Assembly: GCA_965207735.1 (NCBI GenBank)
Contig: OZ242296.1
Span: 4,288,001-4,352,000, forward strand
Direction of reading: 5' to 3'
Origin: Candidatus Versatilivorator sp.
GTDB taxonomy: Bacteria; Acidobacteriota; Terriglobia; Versatilivoradales; Versatilivoraceae
DNA: 64,000 nucleotides
A model generated the notes under the pieces. That model saw nothing but the letters and a program-made list of their open reading frames with translations, was not told the origin of the DNA and did no database searches. Every line of letters begins with the position of its first letter. The first letter of the stretch is position 1. The translations under genes and the position numbers were made by a program. This document shows, one piece after another, positions 59,522 through 64,000 of the stretch.

Positions 59522-60868
59522 ATGAATCGACCGCTCGGACCATCCGTCGAGGAATTGATCGAAAAAAAAAGCTGGTCCGACCTTCGGGCCCTGGTGTCCA
59601 ATTGGCCTGCGCCCGAAACGGCCGAACTGCTCCTGGGAATGGACAAGTCGGACCGCGTCCTTCTTTTTCGCTTCCTTCCCCGACCGGTCTCCAGCGATGT
59701 CTTCGCCCATCTCAGCACCGAGTCTCAAGTCGCTCTGGTCAAGGAGTTGACCGACGAGGAAACCCGTCAGCTCCTGGCCAACCTGGAGCCGGACGACCGC
59801 ACTCACCTGCTGGAGGAAATGCCGGGACGGGCCACTCAGCGCCTGCTGAACCTGCTGAGCCCCGAGGACCTGGTGGAAGCGCGCAAGCTGCTGGGATACC
59901 CGGAAGAGAGCGTGGGTCGGCTGATGACGCCGGACTACGTGGCCGTACGCGCCGAGTGGACCATCGAGCGCAGCTTGCAGCACATACGCAAGGTCGGCAA
60001 GGGGCTCGACTCCATCGCCACGGTCTATGTGACCAACCTCCAGTGGAAGCTGCTGGACGAGATCGAGCTGCAGCAGTTGGTGCTGGCGGCGCCCGGCGAT
60101 CGAGTCGATGCCTTGATGGACCGCTCAGTCGCCACCTTGTCCCCCTACAGCGACCGCGAGGAAGCCGTGGGTCTCTTGGGCAAGTACGATCTGGTGGCGG
60201 CGCCGGTGGTGGACTCCGGCGGCGTGCTGTTGGGGGTGGTGACCGTCGACGACGTCATGGACGTAGCGGAGGAGGAGGCAACCGAGGATTTTCAGAAGTC
60301 GGCGGCCGTGGAACCCCTGAAAATGAGCTACGAGGAGGCGGGGGTCTGGTCCCTCTATCGTAAGAGAATCCCCTGGCTGGCCCTGCTGGTTCTAGTCAAC
60401 CTGGCCGCCTCTTCGGTGATTGCCGCCTACGAAGAAACCCTGTCGGCCGCCATCGCCCTGGCGTTTTTCATTCCCTTGCTCATCGGGAGCGGAGGTAACG
60501 CCGGAGCCCAGTCGGCCACCCTGATGGTGCGCGCCCTGGCTACCGGAGACATCCGGGCAAGACAATGGCCCCAAACCGTCCTCAAGGAACTGGCGGTGGG
60601 GGGGACTCTGGGGGCCACCATGGGAGCCACGGCCTGGATCTTCGGTGTGCTTCGAGGCGGGCTGGACCTCGCCATCGTGGTGGGCCTGGCCATGCTGGCC
60701 ATCGTTGTGGCAGCCAATACGATCGGGGTGGTGCTGCCCTTCCTCTTGAGCCGGCTGGGAATCGATCCGGCCGTGGCCAGCAGCCCCTTGATTACCTCGA
60801 TAGCCGACGTGGCCGGACTGGTGATCTACTTCTGGCTCGCCTCGGCACTGCTGGGCAACATAGCCTGA
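59522..60868 (+). CDS. mgtE: Magnesium transporter MgtE
   Basis: LLGYPEESVGRLMT, CBS pair, GVVTVDDV, RIPWL, PLLIGSGGNAGAQ, DPAVASSPLITSIADV. Confidence 0.96.
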   Translation: MNRPLGPSVEELIEKKSWSDLRALVSNWPAPETAELLLGMDKSDRVLLFRFLPRPVSSDVFAHLSTESQVALVKELTDEETRQLLANLEPDDRTHLLEEMPGRATQRLLNLLSPEDLVEARKLLGYPEESVGRLMTPDYVAVRAEWTIERSLQHIRKVGKGLDSIATVYVTNLQWKLLDEIELQQLVLAAPGDRVDALMDRSVATLSPYSDREEAVGLLGKYDLVAAPVVDSGGVLLGVVTVDDVMDVAEEEATEDFQKSAAVEPLKMSYEEAGVWSLYRKRIPWLALLVLVNLAASSVIAAYEETLSAAIALAFFIPLLIGSGGNAGAQSATLMVRALATGDIRARQWPQTVLKELAVGGTLGATMGATAWIFGVLRGGLDLAIVVGLAMLAIVVAANTIGVVLPFLLSRLGIDPAVASSPLITSIADVAGLVIYFWLASALLGNIA

Positions 60869-61026
60869 GAGTGGGCTGGACAGGCCAATCGCTGTCCGAT
60901 ACACTCACCCTCCCCAGTGACCCTCCGCCCCGAATCCCTTTCGGAAAAAGGGATTTCAGGGCCGGACCGTTTCGATCCGCCGAAAGCCGGGGCTGTTTAA
61001 TCAGTGCCCCCGAAAGGCCATTGACG

Positions 61027-62685
61027 ATGGCCGAAGCCAGCAAGAACAACCCCGTGTCCCCCAGCGGCGCCGAGTCCGGTCCCGGCGCCACCGATGTCCT
61101 GATCATCGGCAGCGGAATTGCGGGAGCGACCACGGCCCTCCGCCTGGCCCGCAATCCCCGACGACAGGTGACCGTGGTCACCCGTGAGGAAGATCCCAAG
61201 CAATCCAACACCCGCTGGGCCCAGGGAGGGGTGGTGGGACGCGGAATGGACGACGCGCCGGAAACCCTGGCTTCCGACATTGTCGCCGCCGGAGCCGGCG
61301 CCAGCTCTCCTCGAGCTGCCAAGCTTCTGTCCGAAGAGGGCCCGCAACTTCTGCAGGAAATCCTGGTGGAGGGGGCGGGGATCCCCTTCGACCGCGGCGA
61401 TTCCGGTCAATTGGTGTATGGACGGGAGGCCGCCCACTCGCGCAGGCGGGTGGTCCACGTGGGAGACGCCACCGGCCTGAGCATCATCGAAGGGCTGATG
61501 GCGGCGCTGCGCCGCTGTCCCAACGTGAAGCTTCTCACCGGCTTCACGGCCGTGGACCTCATTACGTTTCCTCACCACTCCAGGGACCCTCTGGCCACCT
61601 ACCAGCCTATCACCTGCCACGGCGCCTACATGTTCGATCGCGAGGCACGCCGGGTCCACCGGCACCTTGCCCGATTCACGGTCCTGGCTACGGGGGGCCT
61701 GGGCAGAATTTTCCGTAACACCACCAACCCCGCTGGAGCCCGCGGCGACGGCCTTGCCATGGCCCACCGGGCCGGTGCCCGCATCGTCAACGCCGAGTAC
61801 GTCCAGTTCCATCCCACCGCGCTGGCCGCGCCAGGCGGGGACAGCTTTCTCATCAGCGAGGCCGTGCGCGGCGAAGGGGGAATCCTGCTCTCCCCGGATG
61901 GCCGGGCCTTCATGGCCGACTATTCCCCCCATTGGAAAGACCTCGCCCCGCGCGACGTGGTGGCTCGCGCCATTCACCACCAGATGGAAACCCACGGATA
62001 CCCGCACGTGCTGCTGGACATCGCTTCCCGTATGCGGCCCGCGGCCATCGAGAAACGATTCCCCAACATCCGGTCCACCTGTCTGGATGCCGGCATCGAC
62101 ATCACGGCGGAGCCGATTCCGGTGGTACCCGCCGCCCACTACTTCTGCGGTGGGGTACTAGTGGACTCCTGGGGACGATCGAACATCCGAAATCTCCACG
62201 TGGTGGGTGAAGCCAGTTGCACCGGTGTCCATGGAGCCAACCGCCTGGCCTCGACTTCCCTGTTGGAGGGGTTGGTCTGGGGCAGCCGAGCGGCCGACAA
62301 AATGGAAGCCTGCATGAACTCCGGCTCGTTTCTGCCGCCATCCCTGGAAGCCTTGCCCCCCTGGGACGACAGCGGCCTGGTTTCCGATCCCGACCCGGCC
62401 CTTATCCAGGGAGACATGCAGACGATTCAAAACATCATGTGGCATTACGTGGGGCTGGTCCGCAGCGGCGACCGCCTCTCACGCGCCATCCGGGAGCTAC
62501 GGCATCTGTGGAACGAAATCGAGACGTTCTACCGAACCACCAAGCTGAGCGACGGACTGATCGGACTGCGCAACGCGGTCGAAGCGGCCCTGATCGTGGC
62601 CAGGGCCGCTTACCACAACCGGCATAGCCGGGGCTGCCACTACCGCAAGGACTCGGTGCTGGTGGACGGTGACCGCTTGATCTGA
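61027..62685 (+). CDS. nadB: L-aspartate oxidase
   Basis: IIGSGIAG, SNTRWAQGG, REAAHSRRR, TTNP..ARGDG, QFHPT, LISEAVRGEG, APRDVVAR, PAAHY, HGANRLASTSLLEG, SRGCHYR. Confidence 0.93.
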   Translation: MAEASKNNPVSPSGAESGPGATDVLIIGSGIAGATTALRLARNPRRQVTVVTREEDPKQSNTRWAQGGVVGRGMDDAPETLASDIVAAGAGASSPRAAKLLSEEGPQLLQEILVEGAGIPFDRGDSGQLVYGREAAHSRRRVVHVGDATGLSIIEGLMAALRRCPNVKLLTGFTAVDLITFPHHSRDPLATYQPITCHGAYMFDREARRVHRHLARFTVLATGGLGRIFRNTTNPAGARGDGLAMAHRAGARIVNAEYVQFHPTALAAPGGDSFLISEAVRGEGGILLSPDGRAFMADYSPHWKDLAPRDVVARAIHHQMETHGYPHVLLDIASRMRPAAIEKRFPNIRSTCLDAGIDITAEPIPVVPAAHYFCGGVLVDSWGRSNIRNLHVVGEASCTGVHGANRLASTSLLEGLVWGSRAADKMEACMNSGSFLPPSLEALPPWDDSGLVSDPDPALIQGDMQTIQNIMWHYVGLVRSGDRLSRAIRELRHLWNEIETFYRTTKLSDGLIGLRNAVEAALIVARAAYHNRHSRGCHYRKDSVLVDGDRLI

Positions 62686-62697
62686 GCCAATTAGGCC

Positions 62698-64000
62698 ATG
62701 CTGAAGAAACTGGACGATTACCGCTACCTGATTCCCAAGTCCTACAAGCAGGGAATGAGAGTCGACGGACTGGTCTATGCCAACGAGTCGCTGATTCGGC
62801 AGATCGGCAAGGACCTGACCAAGGAACAGGTGGCCAACGTGGCCACCCTTCCGGGGCTGGTGGGACGGTCATTGGCCATGCCCGACGCCCACCAGGGTTA
62901 CGGATTCTGCATCGGAGGCGTGGCAGCCTCCGACCTCAACCAGGGCGTCGTCTCGGCGGGCGGGGTCGGCTTCGATATCAATTGCGGGGTCCGCCTGCTG
63001 GCCTCTCCCTTGCAGGCGGAAGAGGTCGAACCCACGCTGCAGCCTCTCCTGAATCAACTCTTTCGCGACATCCCCTGTGGCACCGGGAAACAGGGATTGC
63101 TGAACCTCTCCCCGCGGGACCTCGACCCGGTGCTGGAAGACGGTGCCCAATGGGCGGTGCGGCAAGGGTACGGTGACGCGGCTGACGAGGCCTTCATTGA
63201 GGAGTTGGGCCGCATGCCGGGCGCCGATCCCTCCAGAGTCAGCTCTAGAGCCAAGCAACGCGGTCACCGTCAACTGGGCACCCTGGGGTCGGGCAACCAC
63301 TTTCTCGAGATCCAGAAGGTGGAGCAAGTGTTCGATTCGGAACTGGCCGAACGCTTCGGTCTCTACCGGGGCCAGGTGGTGGTGCTGATCCACACAGGAT
63401 CCCGCGGCCTGGGCCACCAGGTGTGCAGCGACTACCTGGATCTGATGCAGCAAGCCATGAAGCGCCATCGGATCAAGGTCATAGACCGCCAGTTGGCCTG
63501 CGTCCCCATCAACTCCGCCGACGGCCGGGACTACCTGGCGGCCATGGCCGCCGCGGCCAATTTCGCATTCGCCAACCGGCAGATGATCACTTACTGGACC
63601 CGCCGGGCTTTCGGCCGGATCCTGGGCAGCCGGCAGCTCAAGGTCGTGTATGACGTCTGCCACAACATCGCCAAACGGGAGGAGCACCGGATCGCCGGCA
63701 GGACCAGGGAGGTGCTGGTCCACCGCAAGGGCGCCACCCGTGCCTTCCCCAAAGGCCATCCGGCTCTGCCGCGGGAGGTCAAGGACCTGGGGCAACCGGT
63801 TCTGGTGCCCGGAAGCATGGGAACCTGCTCCTATGTCCTGGTGGGCACGGGACGGGCGATGGCTGAAACGTTCGGTTCCTCCTGCCACGGGGCCGGGCGC
63901 GCCATGAGCCGCAGCCAGGCCAAGCGGGAAACGGCGGCTGGGAAGCTCCTGAACGAGCTGGCGGCCAAGAAGATCCTGGTACGGGCGCAATCGCGGTCCG
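62698..64000 (+). CDS. rtcB: RtcB RNA ligase (long, archaeal/eukaryote-like type), 3'-partial
   Basis: Read manually (absent from the ORF track): MPDAHQGYGFCIGG, GFDINCGVR, QLGTLGSGNHFLE, HTGSRGLGH, HNIAK, HRKGATRAF, PGSMG, SCHGAGR. Confidence 0.95.
   Translation, partial: MLKKLDDYRYLIPKSYKQGMRVDGLVYANESLIRQIGKDLTKEQVANVATLPGLVGRSLAMPDAHQGYGFCIGGVAASDLNQGVVSAGGVGFDINCGVRLLASPLQAEEVEPTLQPLLNQLFRDIPCGTGKQGLLNLSPRDLDPVLEDGAQWAVRQGYGDAADEAFIEELGRMPGADPSRVSSRAKQRGHRQLGTLGSGNHFLEIQKVEQVFDSELAERFGLYRGQVVVLIHTGSRGLGHQVCSDYLDLMQQAMKRHRIKVIDRQLACVPINSADGRDYLAAMAAAANFAFANRQMITYWTRRAFGRILGSRQLKVVYDVCHNIAKREEHRIAGRTREVLVHRKGATRAFPKGHPALPREVKDLGQPVLVPGSMGTCSYVLVGTGRAMAETFGSSCHGAGRAMSRSQAKRETAAGKLLNELAAKKILVRAQSRS

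Noticed and set aside
3574-63990. Long antisense or alternate-frame ORFs (e.g. 3574-5100, 7955-10144, 10440-12302, 29604-31448, 32269-34014, 62869-63990)
   Set aside because: They are shadows of well-supported genes in GC-rich DNA and show no recognisable motifs.

Overview
This is a GC-rich bacterial window. The acidobacterial-type VWA protein, DUF1501/DUF1549/DUF1553 clusters, eukaryote-like LRR proteins, several PhyH genes, DUF1640 and a RepA_C remnant point to an Acidobacteriota genome, possibly host- (e.g. sponge-) associated; this is inference from gene content only. Positions 1-39 kb hold a partial AsnB-like amidotransferase with an IS in its last codon, three DUF1501 genes with DUF1549/1553 and PPC partners, a stand-alone tandem Cache protein, hydrolases, three PhyH-family dioxygenases, two MFS transporters, an FG-GAP protein and a DMFase large-subunit homolog. 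Positions 39-56 kb form a plastic surface-protein region: an S8 protease split by an intact IS1380 element, nested IS and plasmid remnants, two large secreted LRR proteins flanking a LolA-like gene, and a VapBC pair. Positions 56-64 kb hold an NHL protein, a GHL10-like protein, mgtE, nadB and a partial rtcB. The most notable signals are (i) a C-terminal module shared by three secreted proteins carrying two different kinds of passenger domain (LRR and S8 protease), (ii) VLR-like LRR arrays with signs of shuffling and a G9 tract, (iii) a dispersed 58-bp TTGTTTCA...TGAAACAA intergenic element, and (iv) an HxG PhyH gene paired with a His-less paralog. No rRNA, tRNA or CRISPR array was seen. All family assignments come from motif recognition by eye, not from database searches.
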